Assembly (NCBI GenBank): GCA_035471625.1
Contig: DATIPT010000069.1
Span: forward strand, 15,757 to 79,756
Length of the DNA stretch: 64,000 nt
Direction: 5' to 3'
DNA from: Anaerolineales bacterium
GTDB lineage: Bacteria; Chloroflexota; Anaerolineae; Anaerolineales; E44-bin32
Shown here: in pieces, positions 1 to 8,965 of the stretch
Numbering within the stretch: position 1 is the stretch's first letter
How the letters are laid out: each line of letters begins with the position of its first letter
Program-made: the position numbers and the translations under genes
Notes under the pieces: generated by a model
What the model was told of the DNA's origin: nothing
The model's database searches: none
Seen by the model: the letters and a program-made list of their open reading frames with translations, nothing else

Positions 1-1266
1 ATGGTCATCGGCGACGTGCAAGCCGAGCCTGGCTGGTTGCTCCCGGACGGCCTGCCCGAAGCCGGTCAGATTCGCGGTTGGATCGGGGCTCCCCTGATCG
101 TCCGGGATCGGGCCGTCGGAATCTTGAATGTGGACAGCCGGACTCCGGGCACGTACGGTGAGGCCGAGGTCGCTGATGTGATGGCCTTCGCCGATCAGGC
201 GGCGGCGGCCGTGGCCAATGCCCAACTCTTTTCCGAGACGCAGGAGGCCCGCCAGCGGTACGCGACACTCTTCGAAGACAGCGTCGACCCGGTCCTGATC
301 ACGACGCCCACCGGGGAGATCACCGACGCGAATGTCGCGGCGCTGGATTTCTTGGGCTATACCCCGGAGTCGCTGCGCGGGCTCGACATCCTCAGCCTCC
401 ACAGGCCCAAGGCAGATGTACCGGCGGCTCGCGACCTGAGCGCCGGAGATACCCTGGCGTACGACGCCACGGCGATCCACCGCGATGGTCGGGGACTCCC
501 GATCGAGGTCCATGCCAAGCGCATCGAAGCCACCCCCCAACCGACGGTGCAATGGATCTTGCGCGACGTCTCCGAGCGGATGGCGCTCGACGAGCTCCGC
601 CGTGATCTGACCTCGATGATCTTCCACGACCTGCGGTCGCCCCTGGGGAATGTCATCTCGAGTCTGGAGCTGTTGCAGGTTTCCCTGGCCGAGTCGGATG
701 AGACGACTCGGTCGGTCCTGTCGATCGCCGTGCGCTCGAGTCGGCGCCTGTCGCGATTGGTCGAATCCCTTCTGGATCTGGCCCAGCTCGAGAGCGGCCA
801 GGCGGTCCTGCACAAGACTCAGGGTTCGATGAGCGCCCTGATCGCCGAGACCGCCGAGGAAGTGCATCCGCTGGCCGAGGGGCGCGGCCACATGATTCAA
901 TTCTCGCTGCCGCGCGGGGAGCCGCTCGTCATCGATATGGACGTCGACATGATCCGACGGGTGTTGATGAATCTTCTCGAGAATGCGATCAAGTACACGC
1001 GCAATCCGGGGCGGATCCTGGTCTCGGGCCGACGCGAAGGGACGTCGGTCATCGTCGGCGTCCGCGACAGCGGGCCGGGCATCCTTCCGAAGGATCAGGT
1101 GGCGATCTTCGACAAGTTCGCCCGACTGCGTCAGGAGGGGCAGCCCAAGGGGCTTGGGCTCGGCCTTGCGTTCTGTCGGCTCGCGGTCGAGGCCCACGGG
1201 GGTCGCATCTGGGTCGAGAGCGAGCCGGGAGCGGGGGCCCTGTTCTCCTTTGAACTGCCGGCCTGA
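1..1266 (+). CDS. GAF-PAS sensor histidine kinase (5' end cut by window edge)
   Basis: Open from base 1. H-box 'FHDLRSPLGNV', N-box 'LMNLLENAIKYT', G-boxes 'DSGPGI' and 'GLGLGLAF'. A PAS-like segment 'DPVLITTPTGEITDANVAALDFLGYTPESL' follows the tail of a GAF domain. Confidence 0.9.
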   Translation: MVIGDVQAEPGWLLPDGLPEAGQIRGWIGAPLIVRDRAVGILNVDSRTPGTYGEAEVADVMAFADQAAAAVANAQLFSETQEARQRYATLFEDSVDPVLITTPTGEITDANVAALDFLGYTPESLRGLDILSLHRPKADVPAARDLSAGDTLAYDATAIHRDGRGLPIEVHAKRIEATPQPTVQWILRDVSERMALDELRRDLTSMIFHDLRSPLGNVISSLELLQVSLAESDETTRSVLSIAVRSSRRLSRLVESLLDLAQLESGQAVLHKTQGSMSALIAETAEEVHPLAEGRGHMIQFSLPRGEPLVIDMDVDMIRRVLMNLLENAIKYTRNPGRILVSGRREGTSVIVGVRDSGPGILPKDQVAIFDKFARLRQEGQPKGLGLGLAFCRLAVEAHGGRIWVESEPGAGALFSFELPA

Positions 1267-1294
1267 GGGCCGGGCGCGGAGGTTTCCCGAGAAC

Positions 1295-2116
1295 ATGCGT
1301 GAACTGGTGAAAGGCGTCTTCCTGCAGGACGAGTATCCCGGGGTGCGGCTCGGCGCCGTCGTCGTGGATGGTTCGGCCCTGTTGATCGACAGCCCGCTGC
1401 GGATCGAGGACGGGCGCGATTGGCTGGCGGCTATCGGGGTGCAGCCGAAGTACATGGTCTTGTTGGATGACCACCCCGACCGGGTGTACGGCGCCCGCGG
1501 GCTCGACCTGCCGCTGGTGGCCCACCGGGAAGCGCGCGAGGCCATCGCCGCGTGGCCTGATACGTTGCGCGCCGGCGGTCTCTTGCAGGGCGCCGAGGTC
1601 GACCGGCTCAAGCGGGTCAGCGGGTTGGCGCGCGCCGTGCCTCATATCGGCTTCGAAGATGTGTTGCGGTTGTACGTGGGGGAATCGGTCCTCGAAGTGC
1701 ACCACCGCCCGGGGCCACGACCGGGATCTTCGTGGGTGGTCGTCCCGTGGGCGCGGGTCGTCTTTGTCGGGGACGCCATCTGGCAGCGCGAACCGCCCTA
1801 CCTGGGCGAAGCCGACCTAGAAGCCTGGCTGGAAGCATTGGCGGCCCTGCGGAGCTCGGCCTTTGCCCGCTACAAGATCGTATCTGCCCGGGACGGAGTC
1901 GTGCCTCGCCCGGCGATCGCCAAGATGGCGTCCTTCCTGCGCAAGGTGGCCCACCGAATGGAACGCTTGCAGGATCAGGGGGAGGATCCATCGGCCGCCG
2001 GCGATCTGGCCCCCCAGTTGGCCAGAGGTTTCCGAATCCCTGCCAGTCGGCGGGAGCAGGCGCTGATCCGCCTCAAGGCCGGCCTGACCCGCCTCTTCGA
2101 AGAACAATACGCCTGA
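1295..2116 (+). CDS. MBL-fold (metallo-beta-lactamase-like) protein with degenerate metal motif
   Basis: ATG at 1295 is in frame with track ORF 983..2116, just after the kinase stop. 'GSALLIDSP...YMVLLDDHPDRVYGARGL' resembles the MBL HxHxDH region but the first His positions are replaced. Function uncertain. Confidence 0.5.
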   Translation: MRELVKGVFLQDEYPGVRLGAVVVDGSALLIDSPLRIEDGRDWLAAIGVQPKYMVLLDDHPDRVYGARGLDLPLVAHREAREAIAAWPDTLRAGGLLQGAEVDRLKRVSGLARAVPHIGFEDVLRLYVGESVLEVHHRPGPRPGSSWVVVPWARVVFVGDAIWQREPPYLGEADLEAWLEALAALRSSAFARYKIVSARDGVVPRPAIAKMASFLRKVAHRMERLQDQGEDPSAAGDLAPQLARGFRIPASRREQALIRLKAGLTRLFEEQYA

Positions 2117-2118
2117 GC

Positions 2119-2925
2119 ATGCCGGCCGGAGACGCCTCCCCGGTCCCGCCCGAAGGAAGCTCGCACGACCAGCCGATCCATCCCCCGGAGACGCTGACCT
2201 CGGTCGAGGCCGTCGAGCAGCTGCGCGCCGGAGCGCGTGACTACCTCGGCCTGACTCTTACGCCCCCCCAACTCGAGGCATTTGCGTGGTACCTCGACCA
2301 GCTGCTCCTGTGGAATACCCGCCACAACCTGACGGCGATTGTTGAGCCGTCGGAGATCGCCCTCAAGCACTTCCTCGATTCCCTGACGCTCCTCCCACGC
2401 CTCGGCCGCGCCGCAGGCGGGCGGATCATCGACATCGGAACCGGCGCCGGGTTTCCCGGCCTGCCGCTCCGGATCGTCTCCGAGTCGTTGCGCCTGACTC
2501 TGGTCGAGGCTACCGCCAAGAAGGTGGACTTCTGCCGTGCCGTCATCAGCGGACTCAGCCTGCGCCGAGTCGAGGTGCTGCACGCCCGAGCAGAAGACCT
2601 GGGTCATCTCGATGAACACCGCGAGCGGTACGATGTGGCCCTCGGTCGCGCCGTGGCCGCGCTGCCCGTCTTGGTCGAGTACCTGCTGCCTTTCGTGAAG
2701 GTCGGGGGGCGAGTGCTGGCACAAAAGGGGGAGGGCGGACCGGCGGAGGCCCAGCAGGCCGAAGCCGCAATCCGCCTCCTCGGGGGAGGCCTGCGGCAGA
2801 TCCATCCGGTCGAGCTGCCGGGGGTCGCCGAAGCCCGCTACATCCTCGAGATCGACAAGATCGCCGCGACGCCCGAGACCTACCCGCGTCGAGCAGGGAT
2901 CCCGACCAAGCGTCCGTTGCGCTAG
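2119..2925 (+). CDS. rsmG: 16S rRNA (guanine527-N7)-methyltransferase RsmG/GidB
   Basis: 'WNTRHNLTAI', 'ALKHFLDSL' and SAM motif 'IIDIGTGAGFPGLPL'. ATG 2119 is 3 nt after the upstream stop. The stop TAG overlaps the recF stop as CTAG (2922-2925). Confidence 0.85.
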   Translation: MPAGDASPVPPEGSSHDQPIHPPETLTSVEAVEQLRAGARDYLGLTLTPPQLEAFAWYLDQLLLWNTRHNLTAIVEPSEIALKHFLDSLTLLPRLGRAAGGRIIDIGTGAGFPGLPLRIVSESLRLTLVEATAKKVDFCRAVISGLSLRRVEVLHARAEDLGHLDEHRERYDVALGRAVAALPVLVEYLLPFVKVGGRVLAQKGEGGPAEAQQAEAAIRLLGGGLRQIHPVELPGVAEARYILEIDKIAATPETYPRRAGIPTKRPLR

Positions 2926-4148
2926 AGGTCGGGAGCAATCGGGTCCTGCGCCATCGACAGCGTGCCGGCGCGCAGTTCCCAAACGGTGCCGGAGGCAAGA
3001 AACGCCGGCGGGAATAACCTCAGGTCGGCGGCGGTCCAGACTGATTGTGGGACGCGGCCGACGCGCTCGAGCACGTCGTTGCGGCGAGCCTGATCGAGTT
3101 CGGCCAGAGTCTCGTCCAGCAGCAGGACCGGCCACTCGCCCGTGCGCGCATAGAGCCACTCCGCTTGGGCAAGCTTGGAGGAGATCATGGCTGTCCGGTT
3201 CTGGCCGCGCGATCCGTACGACCGGAGGTCGACTCCCTCGGCGAGGAAGCGAAAGTCGTCGCGGTGGGGTCCGACGACCGTCATGCCGCGGGCCAGTTCC
3301 TCTGGCCGGGCGGCGGCGAGGGCGCGGCGGAGTCCGTCGGCGACCGAGACCTGGGAGCGGGCGGCCCAATCCTCGGTGTCCTCGAGCGGCAGGGCCATCT
3401 GCCCATCGGAGGCTCGAGCGAGCCCGGAAGGGCGGTAGGTCAGGCGCAGACGTTCGGTCCCGCGCGTCAGGCTGGCGTGGATCGGCTGGGCCAGCCGTTC
3501 GAGTTCGGCGAGGGAGACGGCCCGCGTTCGCACCAACTTGGCCGCGGACTCGATCAACGGGGAATCCCAGACCTCGAGCTGGCCGGGATCGCCGCCCCGG
3601 TCCTGGAGATGTCGCAGGAGCGCGTTGCGCTGCGTCAGGGCCCGGTTGAACTCGGAGAGCGCCTGAGCGTAGGCCGAGTCCGCCTGGGCCAACGTGCGGT
3701 CTAGGAAGCGTCGCCGCTCCGCCGGAGGGCCTTCGAGCACTCGCAAGTCTTCCGGAAGGAACAGGACAGCATTGAACACTCCGGCAAGGTCGCCGGCCCG
3801 GCGGCGGACACCGTTCAGGAGGATTTCCTTCAGGATGCGCGACTCGCCGCCGTTCCGGCCCGCGTCGGCGATCAGACGGATCTCCAAACGCTGGGGCTGG
3901 TCGCCACGCCTGATCTCGGCGACGATGCGGGCGAAGGCGCCCGGCTCAGCGCCGACGAGGAAGTTGATCAGTTCACGGTCACTCGCCGACCGTGACGAGG
4001 CGGCGTCGACCAGGTAGTCGATGGCTTCGAGAAGGCTGGTCTTCCCTTGAGCGTTGGGTCCGATGACGAGCGTCGTCCCCGGCTGGAAATCCATTTCGAG
4101 GCGGATGAAGTTGCGGAAGTTCGTGAGAGAAAGGTGGACGAGCTGCAT
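2922..4148 (-). CDS. recF: DNA replication/repair protein RecF
   Basis: N-terminus 'MQLVHLSLTNFRNF', Walker A 'GPNAQGKTSLLEAI', signature 'SRGQNRTAMISSKLAQ', Walker B 'PVLLLDETLAELD'. Start set at the ATG at 4148 (MQLVHL); the track ORF extends to 4250. Confidence 0.9.
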   Translation of the reverse strand: MQLVHLSLTNFRNFIRLEMDFQPGTTLVIGPNAQGKTSLLEAIDYLVDAASSRSASDRELINFLVGAEPGAFARIVAEIRRGDQPQRLEIRLIADAGRNGGESRILKEILLNGVRRRAGDLAGVFNAVLFLPEDLRVLEGPPAERRRFLDRTLAQADSAYAQALSEFNRALTQRNALLRHLQDRGGDPGQLEVWDSPLIESAAKLVRTRAVSLAELERLAQPIHASLTRGTERLRLTYRPSGLARASDGQMALPLEDTEDWAARSQVSVADGLRRALAAARPEELARGMTVVGPHRDDFRFLAEGVDLRSYGSRGQNRTAMISSKLAQAEWLYARTGEWPVLLLDETLAELDQARRNDVLERVGRVPQSVWTAADLRLFPPAFLASGTVWELRAGTLSMAQDPIAPDL

Positions 4149-4282
4149 CGCCGGCGCGAATTCTAGCATGGGGATGGGCCAAGCCGCGGTTGCCTGCGTT
4201 GTGGTTCCGACGTATAACTGTGTCCGCCGGAGACCCGCATTCAACCCCATTGCCTCTGCGAGGCCGGAAAGTCGAGGTTCCC

Positions 4283-5464
4283 ATGAGACGCATCCTGACG
4301 CTAGTCGGAGCGGCGCTGCTCCTCTCGGCGTGCGCTCCCGAGGATCTTGCCGCGGTGGTGTCCCAGGTCCAACTCCCCGACCTGGTCCTGCCAGAGTTGC
4401 AGAGTGGCACGATCGGCAGGGACCTCTTCCTGTTTGAAGATCAGATCGACTTCGACGGCGTCGTTGAGGGGGACTTATTTGCCAGCGGCGAGACCGTCTC
4501 GATCTCGGGCTCGGTCGAAGGGAGCATCTACACCTACGGAACGGACGTGACGATCGACGCCGAGGTCAACGGCGGCGTGTTCGTCTTGGGGCGCGAGGTC
4601 GAGTTCGGACCAACCGCTCAGATCGGGCAAGGTGTCGTTTTCGCCGGGATGCTGCTCAACATGCAGGAGGGCTCGAAGGTCGGCGGCGGGGTGACGGCGG
4701 CAGGCTATCAGGTCATCCTCGACGGCTCGATCGGACAGTTCGTGCGCGGGGCGATGCTTCGCTTGCGCCTGGACGGGACCGTCGGAGCGGGCGGCAATGG
4801 ACTCCTCCCGCGGTTTCAGGGATTGGTCCTCAACCCGCACGCGCCGGCGCTGTCGGTCGCCCGGGTCGGCTTGGCACGGCCGGCCGCCGAAGGCGGGATC
4901 GCCGAAGACCTGCAACCGGTCCTGGATGTCGTCCTCCGCATCGGGCGGGAGTTGGTGACCCTCCTGTTCTTTGGCCTGCTGGCGGGCTTCTTCCGGCCGA
5001 CTCTGTTCTTTGTTTGGGCCGACCGCGTCCGGGTTACTCCCTTGGTCTCGACGGGCTATGGAATCTTCGTCCTCATCGGCGGCTACATCGGGGGCGCGCT
5101 GGCCGCCGTGCTGATCGGTGTCCTGACGTTCTGGCTCATCAGCCTGGGGCTGGATGGGCTGGCGATGGCGGCACTCGGGATCGGCGGGGGATTTCTGATC
5201 CTCGGCATGATTCTCCTGACGCTGTTTGCGGCGTACGGGACGAAGCTCATCGTCGGGACCTTGCTGGGCCGGTGGATCTTGTCGCGCGTGGCGCCGGCGG
5301 CCGTCCACAGCCGCTTTGGCCCGCTGCTGCTGGGCGCCCTGGTCTATGTCCTGCTCGCGGCGATACCGTACTTCGGTCAGGCGCTGGCGATCGTAGCAAC
5401 CCTGCTCGGCCTGGGGGCGGTCTGGCTCGTCTGGCGGGATATGCGAATGGCACGCCAGATCTAG
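4283..5464 (+). CDS. Lipoprotein-signal protein with bactofilin-like beta-helix repeat domain and polytopic C-terminal membrane domain
   Basis: 'MRRILTLVGAALLLSAC' gives a signal peptide with lipobox LSAC. A repetitive 'GDLFASGETVSISGSVEGSIYTYGTDVTIDAEVNGGVFVLGREVEF' segment is typical of bactofilin/DUF583-like beta-helices. About 5-6 hydrophobic helices follow in the C-terminal half. Confidence 0.6.
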   Translation: MRRILTLVGAALLLSACAPEDLAAVVSQVQLPDLVLPELQSGTIGRDLFLFEDQIDFDGVVEGDLFASGETVSISGSVEGSIYTYGTDVTIDAEVNGGVFVLGREVEFGPTAQIGQGVVFAGMLLNMQEGSKVGGGVTAAGYQVILDGSIGQFVRGAMLRLRLDGTVGAGGNGLLPRFQGLVLNPHAPALSVARVGLARPAAEGGIAEDLQPVLDVVLRIGRELVTLLFFGLLAGFFRPTLFFVWADRVRVTPLVSTGYGIFVLIGGYIGGALAAVLIGVLTFWLISLGLDGLAMAALGIGGGFLILGMILLTLFAAYGTKLIVGTLLGRWILSRVAPAAVHSRFGPLLLGALVYVLLAAIPYFGQALAIVATLLGLGAVWLVWRDMRMARQI

Positions 5465-5491
5465 GGGCGGCTTCTCCCAGGATGTCAGGTC

Positions 5492-5520
5492 TTGTAGGAA
5501 CCCAGAGCCGGGGCTAGAAT
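5492..5520 (+). promoter_or_regulatory. Candidate promoter TTGTAG-N17-TAGAAT upstream of the DUF308 gene
   Basis: Hexamers at 5492-5497 and 5515-5520 with a 17-nt spacer. Implies a ~130-nt 5' UTR. Confidence 0.4.
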
Positions 5521-5655
5521 CCGGACTGTCGGAGATCATCGGAACCGGCCGCACCCGAAGGGGTTAGGCAGGCGGGTGTGCGCTACTCAGCGACCGCGGC
5601 ACGCCGCTCGGTCGCCCCGAAATCGATACCCCTATCTATCGGAGGAGAGAACAAC

Positions 5656-6192
5656 ATGACTGCTGCGACTATGGAACCGCAGACCCAGGACAAGAGCATG
5701 TGGTGGATCCCGCTCGTTGGCGGGATTGCAGCGATCATCCTCGGCGCGCTGCTTCTGACGGCGCCGGCGATGACGACGGCCACGCTCGTCGTCTTCCTGG
5801 GCATCTACTGGATGGTCTCGGGGATCATCAACATCGTCAGCATCTTCACCGGCGACAAGGCCGGCTGGGGCTGGCGATTGTTCGTCGGCATCCTGGGGAT
5901 CATCGCCGGGATCCTGGTGCTCCAGCATCCGCTGTGGAGCACGCTGCTCGTCCCGACCGTGCTGGTCATCGTCCTGGCGGTTGACGGCCTGATCATCGGG
6001 GTGATGCAGCTGATCAACGGCTTCACCGGCGGCGGCGCGGGAGCGATCATCCTGGGGATCCTGAGCATCATCTTCGGGATCATCCTGCTCGCCAACCCGA
6101 TGCTGGCCGCGATCGGCCTTCCGCTCGTGATGGGGATCTTCGCCGTCATCGGCGGGATCGCCGCCGTGGTTCAAGCCTTCCGCATGAAGTAG
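5656..6192 (+). CDS. HdeD/DUF308-family membrane protein
   Basis: ATG 5656 is preceded by GGAGGAG. 'WWIPLVGGIAAIILGALLL' and 'LGIYWMVSGIINIV' repeats form six hydrophobic helices. Paralogous to 8966..9526. Confidence 0.75.
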   Translation: MTAATMEPQTQDKSMWWIPLVGGIAAIILGALLLTAPAMTTATLVVFLGIYWMVSGIINIVSIFTGDKAGWGWRLFVGILGIIAGILVLQHPLWSTLLVPTVLVIVLAVDGLIIGVMQLINGFTGGGAGAIILGILSIIFGIILLANPMLAAIGLPLVMGIFAVIGGIAAVVQAFRMK

Positions 6193-6204
6193 GTCGCACG
6201 ACCT

Positions 6205-6255
6205 CCGGCCGCGGTCCCGGCGGGCGTGCACGCGGGCCGCGGCCGGCTTGTTCTG
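6205..6255 (+). terminator. GC-rich hairpin after the DUF308 gene
   Basis: CCGGCCGCGG (6205-6214) pairs with CCGCGGCCGG (6237-6246), then CTTGTTCTG. The loop is long, so confidence is modest. Confidence 0.4.
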
Positions 6256-6290
6256 CCTCGCAGCATCCATCCACCGAAGGGAACCCCGAC

Positions 6291-7151
6291 ATGGCGACTT
6301 CCTCCGCAACTCCCTCGACCGGCCGAAAGATCGGCGCTTGGGCGATGCTCGTGCTGGGTGGGCTGGGCGTGCTCTTGTTGGTCGCCGGGATCGTCAGCGT
6401 GTGGGCCCTGAACACCCCGGCGACGAACCTCTTGACGTCAACCATCGAGACCGTGCTGGGGCCACTGCAGCAGGCTCAGACCGGGTTGCAGGAGGTCGAT
6501 GCCGCACTCGACTCGGCCCAGACGGCTGTCACCGACATGCAGCTTCAGGTCGAGAAGATCGGGGTCGATCTCCAGGCGGACTCGCTGATCCTCAAGAAGC
6601 TTGGCGAGCTGGTCGGCGATGACCTTCTCACTTCCGTCGACAACGCGCTCGAGACCCTGGGCCGGCTAAAGCTGACGCTGGCGGGGATCCAGGGGATCCT
6701 CGACGGCCTCGACAACCTCCCGTTTGTGGACTTGCCGGAGTGGGCCCAAGACATCAGCGATGCCATCACTGAAATCGAACGTGTCGGGGGCGAGGTGCGA
6801 GAAACGCTCGCCGCCCTCGAGGCGGTACGGCTGGGCGCGATCGAGAAGGCCGTGAGCGCCGTGACCGACAAGGCGAAACAGATCGAGGGCCGTCTGACCA
6901 ACGTCCAGACGCGCGTGCAGACGGCCGAGTCGCGCCTGGATCAGATCGTCGGGACCCTTGAAGGTTGGCGGGATGGCTTGCCGCGCCTGATCGACGTCGC
7001 CTCGATCATCGTTACCCTCCTGTTGGCCTGGCTGGCGTTCGGTCAGTGGGCCCTTCTCAGCCTCGGCTGGAGCTATGTCCGCACCGGGAGGTGGATCCCG
7101 TTCTATCCGCTGGCGAAGGATCCGGGAGCGGGGAACCGCGCTCCGGCCTGA
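6291..7151 (+). CDS. Membrane-anchored helical/coiled-coil protein, function unknown
   Basis: N-terminal TM 'AWAMLVLGGLGVLLLVAGIV', a long Q/E/L-rich helical segment, and C-terminal TM 'IIVTLLLAWLAFGQWALL'. No recognisable catalytic motif. Confidence 0.6.
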   Translation: MATSSATPSTGRKIGAWAMLVLGGLGVLLLVAGIVSVWALNTPATNLLTSTIETVLGPLQQAQTGLQEVDAALDSAQTAVTDMQLQVEKIGVDLQADSLILKKLGELVGDDLLTSVDNALETLGRLKLTLAGIQGILDGLDNLPFVDLPEWAQDISDAITEIERVGGEVRETLAALEAVRLGAIEKAVSAVTDKAKQIEGRLTNVQTRVQTAESRLDQIVGTLEGWRDGLPRLIDVASIIVTLLLAWLAFGQWALLSLGWSYVRTGRWIPFYPLAKDPGAGNRAPA

Positions 7152-7165
7152 GGCCCTCGCGGCGG

Positions 7166-7615
7166 ATGGATGTCAGCCGAATCACGGATCAGCTGTTCGT
7201 CGGTGGGCGACCCCATCGGACGGACGGCGGCGCGCTGCGCCAGTTGGACCTGGACCTGGCGATCTGCATGCTCCCCGGACGTCCCGCGGACGTCGTTTCG
7301 GGCCTCGGCCTTCCGCTTCTGCACCTGCCGACCCGTGACAATCTACTCTTCCCGATCCCTCTCGAGAGGCTCGAGCAGGGTGCCGAGACCGCCTTGCGTG
7401 TGCTTGAGGGCGGCGGCAGGGTCTGGACCTACTGCCGTGAAGGGCGCCACCGCAGTGTGGCGATGGCGGCGTGCATCCTCATTGCCTCCGGGATGCCTGC
7501 GCGTGCCGCCGCGGATCTCTTGAAGGCCAGGCGGCGGCGGGCGGATCCCTACGCTTGGCACATCTGGAGGCGTATCCGGGCCTTCGAGGCGCGAAGGAGC
7601 GAGGGCCATCGTTGA
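7166..7615 (+). CDS. Dual-specificity (Cys-based) protein phosphatase
   Basis: CX5R active-site loop 'YCREGRHRS' and opening 'ITDQLFVGGRP', typical of DSP-fold phosphatases. ATG 7166 is in frame within track ORF 6965..7615. Confidence 0.75.
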   Translation: MDVSRITDQLFVGGRPHRTDGGALRQLDLDLAICMLPGRPADVVSGLGLPLLHLPTRDNLLFPIPLERLEQGAETALRVLEGGGRVWTYCREGRHRSVAMAACILIASGMPARAAADLLKARRRRADPYAWHIWRRIRAFEARRSEGHR

Positions 7616-7620
7616 CGCGT

Positions 7621-8553
7621 ATGCATGACCTGCATGTGATCATCAACCCTTCCTCGCGTCCCACGGCGATCCTGCATATCCTGAATTCGGTCTGCCATGA
7701 ACTGGGCGTGGCCTGGGAGATCGAAGTCACCCGCGGACCCGGGGATGGCTTCCGCATGGCGCAAGCAGCCCGAGACCGCGGCGTTCCAGTCGTGGCGGTG
7801 TACGGGGGCGACGGGTCGGTGATGGAGGCGGCCCGAGGGTTGATGGGCGGTTCGACCCAGTTGGCGATTCTGCCTGGCGGGACGGCGAACGCCGTGGCGG
7901 TTGAGTTGGGCATCCCTGTGGATGGCGCCCAGGCCATACGGTTGGCGTGCGGCGAAGGCGCCGTGTCCCGACCGCTCGACATGGGGCGCGTCGGGGACGT
8001 CTACTTCGTCTTGCGTGCCGGGATCGGGATCTCGGCCGAGCAGGTGCGCAAGGCCGACCGGGCCTTCAAGAACCGCTTCGGCAAGATGGCGTACGCCCTG
8101 GCCCTTGCGGAGGTCTTGAAGACCCCTGCACGCGCGGCGTACCGGGTCGTCCTTGATGGACGCCCAATGGAATGGGAAGGGGCCGGATGCATGATCGACA
8201 ACGCAGGAGGCTTTGGCGTACCGGGGTTGACGCACGATCCGGCGGTCGACCTCTCGGACGGCCTCCTGGACGTTTTCTTCACCCGCACCCTTTCGCAGCG
8301 CTCGACGCTGGCGATCCTGGCGGACGCGGCGGATGTCCCGGTGTTGACTCACAATGAGCGCCATGCCGCCCGGCGGATCGAGATCGAGGCCGAGCCGCCT
8401 CAGGCCGTGCAGTTGGACGGAGAGGTCTGGGGTGAGACGCCGGTGACGGTCGAGGTTGTCCCGGCGGCGGCGCACGTCATCGTGCCCGCCGACGAAACGC
8501 TGGGCCATCCGCAGCGGAGACGCGGGGTCTCCCGGACGACGCCGATCGTCTGA
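7621..8553 (+). CDS. Diacylglycerol/lipid kinase family protein (YegS/DagK-like)
   Basis: 'VAVYGGDGSVMEAARGL' and 'LAILPGGTANAVAVELGIP' are the DAGK catalytic-domain signatures. Starts 6 nt after the phosphatase stop. Confidence 0.85.
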   Translation: MHDLHVIINPSSRPTAILHILNSVCHELGVAWEIEVTRGPGDGFRMAQAARDRGVPVVAVYGGDGSVMEAARGLMGGSTQLAILPGGTANAVAVELGIPVDGAQAIRLACGEGAVSRPLDMGRVGDVYFVLRAGIGISAEQVRKADRAFKNRFGKMAYALALAEVLKTPARAAYRVVLDGRPMEWEGAGCMIDNAGGFGVPGLTHDPAVDLSDGLLDVFFTRTLSQRSTLAILADAADVPVLTHNERHAARRIEIEAEPPQAVQLDGEVWGETPVTVEVVPAAAHVIVPADETLGHPQRRRGVSRTTPIV

Positions 8554-8566
8554 AGGCGGATCCGGG

Positions 8567-8932
8567 CTACTTCTCGTCTGGAAGGAGCAGGTTCAGCCCC
8601 CACGATACGACGCTGACGATCACGCCCCCGACGAGCGCCGGAAGAAAGCCGTCTATCGTGAAGGGGATCCCGAACAGACTTTGGGCAATCTGCGCGGAGA
8701 GCCACAGGGTGAACGCGTTGATGACGAGAAGGAATAGTCCAAGGGTCAGCAGAACCAGGGGGCAAGACAGCAGCCGCAGGAGCGGCCGGACAAAGGCGTT
8801 GATCAAGCCCAGGACAATCGCCGTCACCGCCACGTAGAGCGGGCCATCGCCTTCGACGTGGATCCCGGGCACAATGGCCACGGCCACCCCGAGGGCGATT
8901 GCGGTTACCAGCCAGCGGATCAGCAAACGCAT
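8567..8932 (-). CDS. Phage-holin-4-like (DUF360) small membrane protein
   Basis: 'MRLLIRWLVTAIALGVAVAIVPGIHV' ... 'GLINAFVRPLLRLLSCPLVLLTLGLFLLVINAFTLWL' matches the pattern I recognise for this 4-TM family. Confidence 0.75.
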   Translation of the reverse strand: MRLLIRWLVTAIALGVAVAIVPGIHVEGDGPLYVAVTAIVLGLINAFVRPLLRLLSCPLVLLTLGLFLLVINAFTLWLSAQIAQSLFGIPFTIDGFLPALVGGVIVSVVSWGLNLLLPDEK

Positions 8933-8965
8933 ATCGCCACCTGTGACCCCGACGCCACGGCGGCG

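Noticed and set aside
983-1294. Upstream extension of the MBL-fold ORF, plus the analogous extension 1732..2118 of the rsmG ORF
   Set aside because: Both overlap the well-supported upstream genes in alternate frames. Internal ATGs placed right after the upstream stops give normal N-termini.
1975-3369. 464-aa minus-strand ORF. Similar long alternate-frame ORFs exist at 8400..9488, 28183..29652, 39905..40243, 41024..42121, 44093..45388 and 58190..58999.
   Set aside because: Each overlaps motif-supported genes on the same or opposite strand and has extreme Arg/Pro/Gly content. I treat them as GC-bias artefacts.
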